Positions 40,146-54,904 of a DNA stretch of 64,000 bases are shown one piece after another. Each line of letters starts with the position of its first letter. Within the stretch, counting starts at the first letter, position 1. The notes beneath the pieces are model-generated. The model was not told where the DNA came from. It saw nothing but the letters and a program-made list of their open reading frames with translations, and ran no database searches. A program made the position numbers and the translations under genes. The DNA is from Chrysomallon squamiferum (taxonomy: Eukaryota; Animalia; Mollusca): contig CM022679.1 in the NCBI GenBank assembly GCA_012295275.1, forward strand, positions 24,924,001 to 24,988,000. The letters run 5' to 3'.

Positions 40146-43100
40146 CACAATAATAATATAATAAAATAGTAACAAATGAATTTAATAAAAATACAGCACA
40201 ACAAAAAAATACAAAATACAAAAATAACACAAAATAAAAGAAACAAAAAACCCAACTATGATTACATTTCAGATAACCTGTTTGAAATTAATCTCTACAT
40301 TACCATTTCATGTATCATGATCACTTTAGGCCCTATCTTTTTTATAGCAAGAAGGAACTGCAGAGATCTGAGATAGAATACAATCAGTATCACACTGTAC
40401 ATTCTGCGGGCCCAGATAAAGTCTGAGTCATTTACAATCACATGTAGAGAAAAGCAGATATTGAATATGAAATGCATCTGTAGGTCAATCTGTTTCCATA
40501 TGTTAAATAACCAAGTCTGAAACTTGTGGTCACATACCTAGAAACAAAACAATATAGCAGAAAAGATTATAATTGTCTTGTAATTGAAGAAAGTTTATCA
40601 TGCAGAAAAATGAAGAAATAAAGAAGTTAAAAACCTCATATTTGATGGAATGTTTATCACATATAAAATTTAATAAAAAGTTAAATATTTTGTATTTGAT
40701 AAAGATGTCTCTGCAGAAAAATATCAGAAAAACAAAAACACAAAAATATAGACTGTTTGTTTTTAAAACAAAACTATGACAATAAAGAAAATGATTTAGT
40801 TTATTATTATTATTTAAAAAAAATGTTTTGCCATCAGAGGTATTCATTAAGATTAAATTAATCTAAGATAAATAATTGCACACATGTCTCATTTCTTCAA
40901 AAATCATTGTTATATTCCACAGCCATGCAATGATTTCCCAAATGGATGGAGACTGTGACTCCCTCAGAGGTCGGAGATCCACCAACACAAAGTAGCTGAA
41001 AATGGCTAGGAACACAAAGTAGGACAACTGAAAAAAGTAAGAGTAATTTATTTTTGTTTGCGTGTGCTGATTTCAAAAACATTACAAAAAGAGAGATGGG
41101 GAAAAAGATAAAGCAAGAGAGATGGAGAGGGACAAACAAAAAAACCTTGGTTATTCTGAACCATTTATAAATAAAAATCTGGATGGTACTGATATGGAGA
41201 GAAAAAAACAATAAAATATAAAGTGGAGATTATTACCAATACATTTATCAAAGTGAAACAGCTTCTTTAATATTTTGACAAACAGCAGACAAGTTTAAAT
41301 GAATGTAACACCATTCATAATACGTACCACATAAAAGAAAAACTTAGTGACTGGGGCAGAATAGAAATACATCAAGGCAGACAGAATGTTGATAGTTTTA
41401 TCACTGCCAAACAGAGTCACTTTGTATTTTGTATTTTGTGTCTTTGGAGAGCCATATATGACAATCCTGTGCTTGCCCTTAACCTTTTTACTACGGATCC
41501 AATTTTTGATGATGGTGGTAGGTTTGTTGTTGGAAGTGAATTTGATCAAAGGAAGGCATATGGGAAAGAAAACGCAAAGGAGGATCTGTAAAAGGCCAAA
41601 AAACTGTGATATAAAAGAGTGATTACAAAAAGAAAAATCAAACTGAACATTTATGTATAAAGAGAGGAAGAAGGATGAGAATATCCAAACAACTGGAATT
41701 TAGAAATTACCGATATCAAAAAAAAAGAAAAAAAAAAAAAAGTGTTAATCACACTACCTCTATTTTTAAAAAAAACAAACCAGAAATTATTTTTAAATTA
41801 TAATTATATAGTAACTTTAAATTATGTGCAGACAGATTTGGTCACTATATGCAAGAAGATTCACATCACCTCAAACTTCACTCCTGTTTTGCTACTGAAT
41901 TATGATTTCTAAATGTGAGATATTGAACAAGGATACCTCTAGTTCTGAAGTATGAGGCATCATCTGACCTTTCCAGATGCTGTTGAGGCTTTTTTGACAT
42001 GAGGAGTGTTCCACGAAGTCCACCATCTGATAGGTTTCAGCAATCCACAACAATGTCTGGTTTCCCCATGATGGTTGTTCTTGAAGTAACAAACAATGTG
42101 TCATATCCTTGTCTTCATTGTAACACTCTGACAGCAGTTCTGTGCTACATCTCTCAAACAACCTGGAATAAAAACATAAAATCACTTATCCATTTAACTT
42201 CTTTATTTTCCTTCTCATATTCTTGTTTCGTGTATATTTCATATTTTAACTGTGCTCCATGCCCCAGTTTTACAGTAAAATAAAGTATAACTATTCCAGG
42301 TTCTTGGTATCTGACAACATTGCCAATAACAATGCCAAAGATCACTGTTATTATGAAATAGGCTTAGTGTGCAAAATCTTTCCAATAACATGTAACCTAT
42401 ATTAAACATTTTTTTTAGGTATTTCTTTGCTATGGTTTGCTTTTCTTGATTTTTCTTTTTCATCTTCAAATACAAGTTTAGGACACAATGTTATACTATT
42501 CACAGACAATCTATTATAAATTATAAAGTATTTGTCTCTATCTATGTACGATATCTACAGGAGTTAGTTTCATGGTCTAACTATTGCCATATTTTTGAAT
42601 TTGTGAGTTTTGTTTAGGCCATCTATGACCTGGTCAACATGTATCTGAACTTACAGATCAACTCAGTGAATTACAAAATATATTGCTCACAATTGGTCAA
42701 TCCATATGGATAGTAGAAATACATTTAAAATTTATTTCAACACAACATTAGTTAGAAAATGCAAACTCACAAAGTAAATGGGTAAGAGATATATTTATAC
42801 ATTTCTTTGAATGGAACATTAATTAAAAACTTCAAACATACTACGTATTAGTGAAAGGATTACTTACTGTGCATGTTCTGCCAGATTTTCACGAAGTTTC
42901 AATTCTCCCTTATTTTCAGCCTGTGTAGACAGAGATTTCAGCAGGGCAGAGGCAATCAGCCCTGCCACTGAAACAACACAAGATTATAATTAACTTTAAT
43001 ACAGAAACATAAAGAGTAAACTTTGAAAAACTATAAACAAGGGTCAAGACTGAATGGAACTAATAAAATGAGATGAGAGAAAATTTTATCCACGGATCAA

Positions 43101-46100
43101 TAACTTCTTAGGTGACTGTTACTGTACTAAAACACAATAAATAATTAACATAACAAAGTAAAACAACACCTACCACCCACCCAATAAAACCCACAAACAA
43201 CAGCAATGACATCATCAATGATAACAGTAACAAACAAAAATATACAGTATATTTTCTTTAAAAAATCCTAATCACAGTAGTTTAATAACAAATCAGTTTA
43301 TTTTTATTTCATATTATACAAATGATAAATGTTTTACAATAACTGTCGAACAATATTTTAAATTTCTGTTACTTAGCTGGTCTTTTCCATGCTCCCAGAA
43401 CAGTGCAGCCATTTCTTTACGGTTGAAGAGAACAGCCCAAATAAATAAATGTTGTTCTGGGTTTTCACATTGAACCTTTTCTTTTGTTGTCTGACTGGCT
43501 AAACTTCCATCTGTAAATAAAATAAAATTTAATAAATCTTTAGAGGATAATTTGAGAACTTTAAGCTATTTTGGTCGCTCAAAAAAAAAGTGTAAGAATT
43601 TCAAAGATTTTAAGGTTTTGAAATTTATGGTTAAAAGATGCTCAACATGTAAAAGCAACATCAACAAAAACAACACCAATAATAATTCATTTGACAAATA
43701 AAAAAATAAAATAATAAAAATTAGTAAAATTTATTTACGTTTTTAAATTAAACTGCTAAAGCTTATTAGGGTTATATAATGAAAAGTATAGAAACTATCT
43801 AATAAGTAAAATTACAATAAAATAAACTAATATAAAAGTAATCAATCTCTTTGATCTGAAAGCAATTCTTCTCAAATGTAAGATCAAAACAAGCTTCATA
43901 AATTTAGATCATTTGCCATGTACAGAATTATGTAATTTGTATTTCCACCTGCTGTGTATTGTCTGTGCTTTCAAAGTTATCTTTAGTTCTGATGCATGAT
44001 GCAAGGAATTTATTTATAAAATTTTCTTTCATTTTTTTTTTTTTTTGGACTTTATTTTTTAAAAATCATGTAAGGATGATAATTTTGCATTTGAAATATA
44101 TTCTGTTTTTTTAATTAATTTGCAGAGTGAATTTTTAAATTAAATATGTACCATTATTATTATTATTATTAGTACTTAAACTTTTTAAATTTCAATCAGA
44201 AACTAAAGTTAAATAACAGTATTTTTTTATTCTTGTTTATATCACTATTTGAAGCTAATTCATGGAATTATAGTATATATATATATATTTTTTTTTTTTT
44301 AAATATACTCTGATAATTTCTTTGCTTAAATTCTTAGCTTTACATTATATTCACTTTGTTAACAGAAAAAAAGCTGACATAAATTATACTTGTAAATATA
44401 ATTTTATGAATTTGGATGTCAATTCCAGCTGTAATTGATAATACTAAACCTAAATCATGCTGGACATAACAGATGTGCATAATATAATATATTGCTTCAG
44501 CATGACATTTCAAAACCAGTGTGTGTGTCTGTGTGTGTTAGACCTATTCATTTCACTTTAAATCTGTGTTACTGTTTCTGTAATTCTGTACCTGTGTGTT
44601 ATGTATATAAATAAGATGTATGCATTTATGTGTAAATATTATATACGAGTTCATTTGCTGTAGGTATCGGTGTTATTTATCTAAATGTGTGCATTACTTA
44701 GGTGCATGAACTTTCTATGTTAAAAAAAGTCTTAAACGTTAGTTACTAAACAATAATAAGAAGTGTCATGTAAATGTGCAACATAAAATGTTTTCAGTGC
44801 TTTCCTGTAATTTAAGAGCAGTATGTTAGATAATGTCTTGTTAAATTCTGCTCAAAGAACTGGTTGACAATTTTATGCTTGTAAATATTAGTTTGAAGTA
44901 ACTTATGAAATATATAACAATATATATATATATATAAATCTACAAAAATATTTAAAATGTTTATTGAAGAAAACAAGTACTTTGAATAAAACTGTCATAC
45001 ACACATAATAAAAACATACACAGCCATACAAAGAACACATGTATACAAACATAGGCCTTCATAGTGGTTGTTTAAAATTCTGCTGAAGACAAACCTTTTA
45101 TGTCAATAAATTACTGTAATAACACAAATAAGAATATTTGATTTTGAAATATTATACCAAAATTGTCTGGTTTACCTTTGTCAACTAAAATTAAAAACTA
45201 AAACTAAATCAGCACTTCAAGACAAAAATCAACAATTAAAATATGAAAAAAAAAAAAGTGTAAAAAAAACCCCTTGGTAAATGAACTTTTATATGGTGTT
45301 TATTTAGTCGCTTTTGAGTAATTTGCACACATTTGTTTGTTTTATTTATTTATTTTTTAATTTATTTATATACTTTTTTTTTTCTTTTGTAACACTGGCT
45401 GTCAGAAATATTGAAAGAGCCTGAATAATACAGTCTATGTTCAACATGTACTGTATATTTTTCATCTGCAAAATTATGACAGAGTAAAGAAACAAACAAA
45501 AAATTGTACTTGAATAAACAAAGAACCCCCCAAGAATGATAATAAATCAGCACTCCAAAACAAAAATCAACAATTAAAATGTATACAAATGAAAATGTAA
45601 AAAAGAGCTTAGTGAATGAACTTTTGATTTTTCTTTATTTATTCACTTTCAATTAATTTGTACACATTTGTTTCATTTATTTAGTTATTTAATTTATTTA
45701 TTTTATTTTATTTTTGTTTTTATTATTTATTTATTAGATTTGCTGAAAATTCTAACAATTCTGCTGCTGGACGGGAGTATGGAGTCAGTGAAAAACTTGT
45801 TAGGGACTGGAGAAAAATGAGTACTAAATTACTTGAAATGCCAAAAGTGAAGTGTGCTGACAGAGGCAAAAAGTCAAAACATCCGGAAATGGAAAAGACA
45901 CTTTTTGAGTCGGTTCAAGCAAGTAGACAAGACGGCTATATAGTTACAAGGGGTGCTATCCGTTTACAAGCACTTAAGTTAGCTAAGAAGGCAGGAATTA
46001 TGGATTTTAAAGCCAGTCCTGATTGGTGCACGCTGTTCATGAAAAGGCATCATTTAGTCTTAAGACAAAAAACCAAAATCGCCCAGCACTTACCCAGAGA

Positions 46101-49100
46101 GTTTGATGATAAAATAACAAGTTTTCACAGATTTGTTATCCGTCATAGAGAGAAAAACCAAGTATGTTTTGGCATGTATTGGCAACATGGATGAAACGCC
46201 AATGACGTTTGACATGCCATCGAATAGAACTGTTAACAAGATCGGAGAAAACGACAGGCCATGAAAAGTCAAAATTCACCGTTATTTTAGGCTGTATGGC
46301 AGACGGAACAAAGTTAAAACCTATGGTAGTATTCAAGCGCAAAACTATGCCAAAAGAAAAATTTCCAAAGGGTGTATTAATACACGTACATCCAAAAGGG
46401 TAGTTGGATGAGGCCGGATGCAAACTCTGGGTTAACCAAGTGTGGAGCAATCGTTCAGGTGGATTACGAAAAGAAAAGTCTTTGTTAGTATGGGACATGT
46501 TCAAAGCACACCTGGTAGATTCTGTAAAAGAAGCTGTAAGACGAGAAAATACAGATTTGGCAGTCATCCCTGGGGGCCTGACAAGCATTTGACAACCTTT
46601 GGATGTCTCAATAAATAAGCCGTTTAAAGACACTGTTCGGCATTTTTGGAATCAGTGGATGCTAAATGGGGACAAGACATTCACAAAAGGTGACAATATG
46701 AGAGCACCATCACTAGTTACAGTGTGTGAGTGGGTACGTGACGCCTGGCAGCAGTTGGACCCGGCTATAATTGTTAAGGCCTTTCTGAAGTGTGGAATTT
46801 CAAATGCACTAGATGGGACGGAGGATGACTATTTATGGCCTTGAACCCAATGCCCTTGCTGATTCCGTTCAAGAAAATAGTCCCACAGGAGAGGATTCTG
46901 GGAATGATGACCCACTTGACAGTGACGATGATCTTTATGATGATGCAATTAACACTGGCGGTATTGAAGAGTGGAATGAACTTTTTGGGGCAAGCGATAG
47001 TGATGGCAAAAATGACTTTGAAGGCTTTGAATAAACTTTTTGTTACACTAGATTATAGTATTACCCGGTAAATGTTGGATGTTCTGGAATTAAAATGTTT
47101 GTATTGTTGCAATGTTTTATAATTACCGGGATATATAGATCAAGGTCTATTTAAAGGTACGTGTGGATTTCCAGGCATTAGACGTAATTCAGTATTTAAT
47201 TAAATTTTGTAGATAAATTCCAAAAGATGTGTTGCTTTATTATTTATTACCGGTATTTTACATGAACGTGCAATTCAGAGTAAGATAATTTCGGAACCTC
47301 TGCAATATTTTTTTCTATCCTATTCCTTCCCCGATCCTATTCCTAGCGCGCTAATTGGCCGAGGCTTCGCGCACTTGGTAACCGACTAGAATAACAAATA
47401 TGGCGAGAAGTTGAACTGATTTTTGTTGCAGAACGTTTATAGAAATTTAGTTTGTTTTCGATTTGTCGGTAGTGGATATTAATGACGATTACAATATTAT
47501 TTCACCAAATTCTTTACAATTACACAAGTGAGTTTTGTTTACGATATTTAGTGCAATTTGGCAGAGAAGTCTGCATTCCTAGATCATTGCAAGACACCGT
47601 AAGGCATAACGCCGTACTGACGGTTTTCTCGCTTTAAAATGTATTTGTATGTCATTAAACGGAAGAATATCATGTTTTACATTCATATTTGGTTTTGTTA
47701 TTTAATTTTTCAAAATCTGTTATACGATAAAATTATATTTTTGAAAAGCTGAAAGACCACGATTATTTTAGATGCATCCCGTAGCAAAAAATAGTCAAAA
47801 TGGCGACTCTTCAGCAACAGGTACAAAAGCATTACCTATGTATAAGTCGACCCCCAAAATATTACCTTAATATAGTCTCCCAAAAATTCGACTTATACAC
47901 AAGTATATACGGTATTTATTTTATTTTATTATTATTTTTTTTTTGTATACTGAACGCCAGAAATATAGAAACAGCCTGAATAATACAGACTATGGATTGG
48001 ATACCTGGATAGAAGCTAAATGACTGGTTCTTCAGCAGAAAATCAATGAGAAAATTGACATATCTCAACAAATCTGGGAAGTTTCCAATGGGTTTTATTG
48101 ATTTATGTATGAAATAGGCTGTCCAGGCAACCTGCAGAATTAAACACAGTATGACATAATGATTATGTTAGTGACAGAAAAATAAAGTGTTATAAACAAA
48201 AAGAAATTGTTTTATCATTATTAATTTTTTTAAAGATAACTATAATGTAATGTAAATATGATAATTCAAGGACATGATAATTCAAGGACACATAATGCAT
48301 GAAATAAAAGCAACATATAACACACACACACACACACTACAAAAAGGTGGTTAGAAAAGGTTGTTAAGATCATATTATATTTTTCTACATTCTCTGTGTA
48401 ACCATGATCTACCAGTTATAAGATGATATTGACAGCCTGTTAGAAAATCAAAATACTTACCCTTTTGTTGTGAAGCAGAAGACTAAAAACCTCAGTTTTC
48501 TTTTTATAAAGCTGAGAAACAAAAATTTAAAACAATCAAATAATAGGAACAAATCACAAATAAATTAGATTGTGTGAGATTGTTAAAATTAGATCATTAC
48601 ATAAAAAAAAAAATTAATTAAAAAATTGGAAAATTAACTTTAAAAGATGAGAAATAAATAATAAATAACAACATGAATAATAATAAAAAGAAAAAGCATT
48701 TAAATAAATAAAATAATTTTAAAAAATAAAGAAATAATAATAATAAAACAATAACAATTTAATGAATAAAATTTAGTAAATAGGCACAACATAGTAATTT
48801 CAATTTAAAAAATAATAATAATAACAATAGATAATTTTAACTTACTTTATAATAGAGGCTATGAAGGTTTTCAGTGGTCAAAAACTTCTTTAAGTCAATA
48901 CCACTATCCATAAAAAGCTTTACAAAGTCTACTCTATTTTCCACAAGAGCTGTCACCATTGTTTCATATAATTCTTTTTCCTGAATTAAAAATAATAAAA
49001 TAAATAAAATAACAATAACAATAATAATATAAAATAATTAGAACCAACATACAAATAAAAATAAAAATATAAAGAAATAATTAATTTTATTACATCTTTT

Positions 49101-50152
49101 TATCATCTTAAGTCTAAGCCAGGAATGGCAAATCTTTCAACAGTAAAACAGGTAATAACGTTATGATGAAAATTTTATCTACATCTTATTATTAATATTA
49201 TTACTATATAAGAATGTTACCACTTTTTAAAAGAACAAAATAACAAATTTATCTTGAGATAGGCCTGAGAATCACCACTCTGAATTCCATCAACGTTATG
49301 TAGTATTTCAGCACTTTCTTATATATGTTTAACACTAATATGGTTTAGTGATGTATATAATGCAAACTGAAACTATTTTAAATAATTAAGTTACCTCCCA
49401 GTTTTGCCTGTTTTTTTCGATGAGTATTTGTTTCCTGGCACGTTTATAGCAATTCCACTCAACAAACAATTTCAGCTGAGATTTGACATCTAAGTTCTTG
49501 GCTAAAAATTATAAAATATTCATATAATGTAAACAAGTCTATTTATAAATTGTAAATGTTTTTTAAATAGAAATAAATAAATAAAATACAATTTTTAAGG
49601 ATGGATTATAGAGATGAAAATGCAGTATAGGCCATGAGACAGAGCAGAATTTGAGGGACAAAGGCTCACAGCATTTTCTTAAGAGGTCTACGTTGATAAT
49701 AAAATAAGAGGATGGCCATTTGAACCAAATAGCTCTCTATAATTTCCACCCTGAAAGTTCAGCACTGAACTGATGTGTTTTGTATTTGTCTATCAATTCC
49801 ACATCATATTATGCATATAAACTTCAAAGGTTGACAACTAGAAGTCAAAAGATCACAGTTTTGGGTCAAGCTAAAATATTTTCAGATTTCAGCTTTAACT
49901 CATTGTCTTTTGGGACATTTGCCAAAATCAGACCTAGAAATGGCTGGGAACTCTATCAGAAAGATTTTCTTACCATTTAACGGAATTCATATTCAGCCAT
50001 ATAAAAAAATACTGAAATTGAAACAAACAAGCCAAGGTAAATTTTCAGAGATACTTTTATGATAATATTATTTCAGTATTAACAGACACAGCAATCTTAA
50101 ATCATCAATCATATTGTATATGTTTTTATCCCCCTGTCAATTCCACATCCTA

Positions 50153-50186
<34 letters not shown>

Positions 50187-51703
50187 CTGAACAGATCGCT
50201 GATTCAAGCTAAAGTTTTTCTGACTGCAGCTTTTCCTCATCATCTGCTGGAATATTTGCCAAAATAAGAAATTGTGTCACAAGTTAATTCTAATCATTTA
50301 CAGGTACCCATGCTCAGTCATCTAGAAAAATAGTGAAATTGATATGAACAAATGAAGTTAAGTTTTCCCAGGAATTGTTGATATACCATTAAATTAACTA
50401 ACACTATATGGAAAGAAATAAACACTCAAAATGGTTATTATGAAGGGTTCTTGGCATTAGATACCTTTTAAGAAAATTATTATTGTTATGTATTAAAACG
50501 GGTCACCTGTTTTCTTTAATCCGATGGTACCTGCCTAAGTTCATCCTAAGATAACTTTCAAAGTGAAAACGATAGTAAACTACTCAGTATGAAGGGCTAT
50601 CTACCACCTCATTTTACATAAATGGACCTATCAATGCTATGAGCCTCTGTCCATCTGTCCCTCTGGGTTGTACCAATTCAATGGAAATTTGGCCTATGTT
50701 ACATGGACTAATAAGAAAAAATGTCATTCACTCAAATACACTTACTAAAGAAAATCACAAATATATTTTATAATACTGTCATCAATCTACGATTTCTAAT
50801 TACCATTATTAGTGAATATAAGGTCAATGTGTGACTTCCTTTTCTCTCAGTGAAAAGGTAAAAGATGTCCACAACTCCTAGTCAGGAAAACCCTGTTTTT
50901 AAAACATATATCTTGTCATAATGTTACAAATGTAACTGAAAGTAGGCCAACTGAAAGACCTGTCACTGATGACAACATTCTGCAATAAAGCTCAGTACGG
51001 CTCAGTTAGATGAATATAACTTTAGGTATATTTACATTTTATTATGATTATTTGATTTCTCAGACTGTAATAAAAATCACAAATAACCTTTAATCCAGGC
51101 AGAGACAATTGTTTTGGATAGACCCTTACTGGCATGTGGAGTCTTAAGATTAAAACATGTAACCTGAAATAAACAGTTATTTGAAAATCAACAAAAAATA
51201 AACGTTTTTTGTTGAAAGACAGCTATTGTGTTTAGTGCCTCCAATTTACACAGTACAATTATTCAAAATGTTCATGTTTATAAATTAGCTTATGCTCAGA
51301 GGTTGATTTTTGTTTTTGTGTTAGAACACAAGACAAACAGAAAATGTTTTCATGGAACTGTTTTTCTTTTCTTTCTTTTTGTATTTATAATGGAATTAGT
51401 TTCATCCATACATTACAATGATTTTACTCTTCTTTTCTGACAATCTGATTACATAAGAAATTTATTACTGTAGATGTTTTTACCAGATTTCTACATTGTA
51501 AAGTTTCTTTCAGATCATTGAAACATTTTTCTAAAATTTCCTTTCTGTCCTTTTCACTGTCTCCATCCTGCTCAAACATTTTTCTGGCATGGGCTTTCAC
51601 TGTATTGTCAAAATCAGGACTTGAAAAAGAAATACATTTAGCACTAATAATATATGGTTGAATTTAAATCGTCCTCAATCTTCTTCAGCATTTTATTTTG
51701 TAA

Positions 51704-51739
<36 letters not shown>

Positions 51740-54418
51740 TGTAAAAAAACATCATTGCTGTTCCAAGCTTTCTTTACTAATCAGGATATCTGAGTTTCAG
51801 TGTTGTCTTCTTTAAATTTTTCCAGTAACAGAAAGTGGTAAATAAACAATCTTTCTAATAATGTGCTTAGGCAACAGATCCCGAATTTCCTACTACAGCA
51901 AGCAATCAAACTAACAAAAACAAAATAGTAATAATCCTAACAATAATAGTAAGGGGAAGGTGAAAATAATAAAATCATAGTAGTAACAGTAGCAACAGCA
52001 ACAGCAATAACAACAAAAGTCTATCAGAAATAAGGTATGGAAACTCACTTGTTTTCACTAATGTTATAGGTTTATAACCAAGAGAGATAAAGAGTGATAA
52101 TAATGATAATAATAATAGTAAGTAGAAGAATAACTAAAACAACAAAAACAGTATATACAAAGTAAATATGGAAACTCACTCTTTTTCACTAGGTTCTGTA
52201 AGTTTATAACCTTGAGATATAAAGTCTGCTGCTCCCCCTGTTCCCTCTATGACAACAACAGGTATCTGCTGGTGGACAGATTCACGGACTGTTGCCATGG
52301 TATTTACTCCACCCCCCACCACCAAAGTCACAATGCGAACAGGCTCTATTGGTGGAATAATATAATAAAGTTATGATTACAATAATAATAATATAATAAA
52401 GTTCTGTTACGATAAGTGGATTCAAATACTTTCCTATTTGTAGCTTTACAAACAATTCTATGTAAAAGAATGTATTTGATAATTTCACTACCACATTACA
52501 ATTCTTTATCTTGTTGTGATATTAAATTTGATTGAAAGTATCATCTTCTGTTTAATCAATGTTTTAACATGTCATAACAGTTGTTCAGTATTAAAAAAAT
52601 CCTAATTTTACTAAAACTTGTGCCCTAATACTTTTCATACAAAGCATTTTATATTCTGAGGTTATGAAAATCAATTAATCACACATTTTGAAAATCATAG
52701 TGTTCTTACTCTTATTCAGAGAAAGTCTGGTTTTAACATTACCTGATTTTTTGGATATATAATTTTCAAACTTTGTTCTCAATTCTATTTTGCCTCCATA
52801 TATATCTTCTGTCTCAGTGCCAAATAGTATGAAGTGGGAATGATTGTGATCTAATGGTGAACCTTCAGCATCCTTCTGGACATGTTCAGTGTCATATGTT
52901 GCAGGGAAGAGTCCTTTATCCTGAAATATTATTATATTTTATTCAGATCATAATATAAAAAAACAGAGTGTGCGAAAAAGAAACAGACAAACAGAGAGAG
53001 AGAGTATTTACTGTTTATTAACTTGCTGAAGTTATATCAGTTCAAAAACATATTCTGAAGTTTACCAGTATGCATATCCAAGTATAGCCAATTTAAACTC
53101 ACCTCTTCTAAAAAAGGTCTGTTGAAAACTGTTTTGAATGTCATTATACCAAGGGTAACAATTTGTTCATTTTGTTCACCAGGAGGTATATATTCATTCA
53201 CAGCTTCTCCAACCATCTTCGTAATTCCTTTTCCTGTAATAAACCAAGCTCCTACAAAATAAAATAAAAAATAAAAAAAATGAAATAAAAAAAGTAAATA
53301 GAAACAAACACACTAATATGAAATAGACAAATTTACAATAGAAATAAATAATAGAATAAATATCTCTATATTTAAACCCTTTAGAAAAGGAAAACAGTAA
53401 ATAAAATAAAACAGAAAAAATAAAGCTGATTAAAATTGTTATTCACTTTCTTAGATACAAATTAAAAATGTTACTACTAACATGTTACATTCACACAGTT
53501 ATTACAGAGGTAGAAATATTTAAAATAAAAATAAAGCTAGATATAAACTGTTTATATGTCTAATACAGTCATACTGACACTAGAAAGATAAAATGTTTAA
53601 AATAAAAATAAAGTTGTTTACCAGTGGTGGTGGCTGCTTGACACAGTGCTTTCTTGAAAAAGCTGTACGATTTGTCCCCATCATGATCATGAAAATCTAT
53701 GGCACTACCAATAACTGAGATGATAAGTTTTGGAACAGGAAGATTCCAATTTTCTGTCAAGATTTTCCAGATATTCTCTGGCTCATATTCCATAAAGGGT
53801 ACATAAAGATACTAAAGTAAGAAATAATTACACAAGTAATAACAACAACAACAAAACAGTTTAAATGGTAATAGTTACAGTTAGAATAATATAACTATAT
53901 AAAACACACACACACACACACATATAAAAAATATTACCACTGCATATGAAATTATTTCAGTCAGTGGTTCTACTGTGCATACATTCCTGAATACATTAAA
54001 AAAAAAAAATTCTGTCCGACCATCAAAACATACCTTTCTATTTTTCTGATTTCAGAACAATTTTGTAATCAGCAAACAAAACTGATTAATATTATTTACA
54101 AAATAATACCTTCATGAATAAATTGTACATGCATTTGTCCATGAAAAACCAATAACATACATTATTTTTCTGATTTTTAATTGTTTTAGTAAAATGCAAA
54201 ATGAGCAAACAAAACTGTAATATTTACAGGTACAGAAGAATTTTGTACATGATCATCAATGCCTTGAAATTGATCTCTCCAAATGAATGATATGGGACTG
54301 TCTTGGTGTGTTTGTCCAGCTCCCATTTTGTATGTTATGTGTGTTCTGTATGTTTTGTATTGACATCTATTCATTTGCTTTTATGCCTTTCAATTGTACA
54401 TCACATTGACAAACATTA
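36683..54418 (-). CDS. TRPM-family (TRPM2-like) cation channel without a NUDT9H domain; N-terminal exon disrupted, so possibly an incipient pseudogene
   Basis: 21 exons splice in one open frame (~1070 aa): 53622-53811, 53103-53251, 52743-52920, 52180-52345, 51484-51619, 51088-51163, 49395-49501, 48846-48980, 48461-48511, 48005-48131, 43373-43510, 42868-42967, 41937-42162, 41328-41585, 40884-41027, 40304-40537, 39702-39876, 38837-38993, 38152-38342, 37474-37591, 36683-36839; the disrupted exon is 54228-54418. Motifs: WNLPVPKLIISVIGSA, LDHNHSHFIL (SLOG/LSDAT), IPVVVIEGTGGAAD, LVENRVDFVKLF, HLFIWAVLFNRKEMA, FYSAPVTKF, IGPKVIMI, PYFQMYSELF, NILLVNLLIAMFSYTF, TRP helix WSFYR…PTLVPPF. Confidence 0.9.
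45738..47912 (+). mobile_element. 5'-truncated, inactivated pogo-family DNA transposon (BrkDBD, CENP-B HTH and DDE_1 transposase; POGK/Passer-like) in a TRPM intron
   Basis: AAGREYGVSEKLVRDWRK, FKASPDWCTLFMKRHHL, IGNMDETP, LLVWDMFKAH, IPGGLTSI*QPLDVSINKPFK. Frameshifts near 46155 and 46245, stops at 46401 and 46590. The right end is …cgacttatacacaagtatatacgg|TA; the left TIR is absent. Confidence 0.92.
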
Positions 54419-54904
54419 CTTTAAATAGAAAGTATTAATAAATAATATTAAAAATCTATTTAAATTTAAAAGAAAATACCATATTAGGTACTGGCCAAAC
54501 AATTTAATCAGTTTTATGGCATATTTGAGATTATTTTACAAAAAGAAAATCCTGATTTTGCCTGCTCACATCTTTCACAAATTTATACACAGAAGCATGA
54601 AAATATACAGATTTCAAGCATTTAATTTATAGATACTGCTTACTTTTTTCCAGATTCACCCCTTGCTCAGACCTGAGTTAGGTGCCCACCCAAATTTGCT
54701 CTTAAGCCCAATAACTGATCAGTATTTTGAGTGCTTTCTATGAAGACTTTAATGTACAATAAAATGAGTAATTATATTCTGGGAAATGATAACACTTTTC
54801 AACTAATTCAGACCTTACAGGCAGCTAGCTGCATATTGTGTTGGCCACTACCTACACACACCAAACACACACCGAATACTTATCACTCATAGACAGACAT
54901 ACAT

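Noticed and set aside
40897-41211. 104-aa minus-strand ORF taken as a TRPM exon
   Set aside because: Wrong frame. The real exon (40884-41027, LSYFVFLAIFSYFVLV…) is in another frame.
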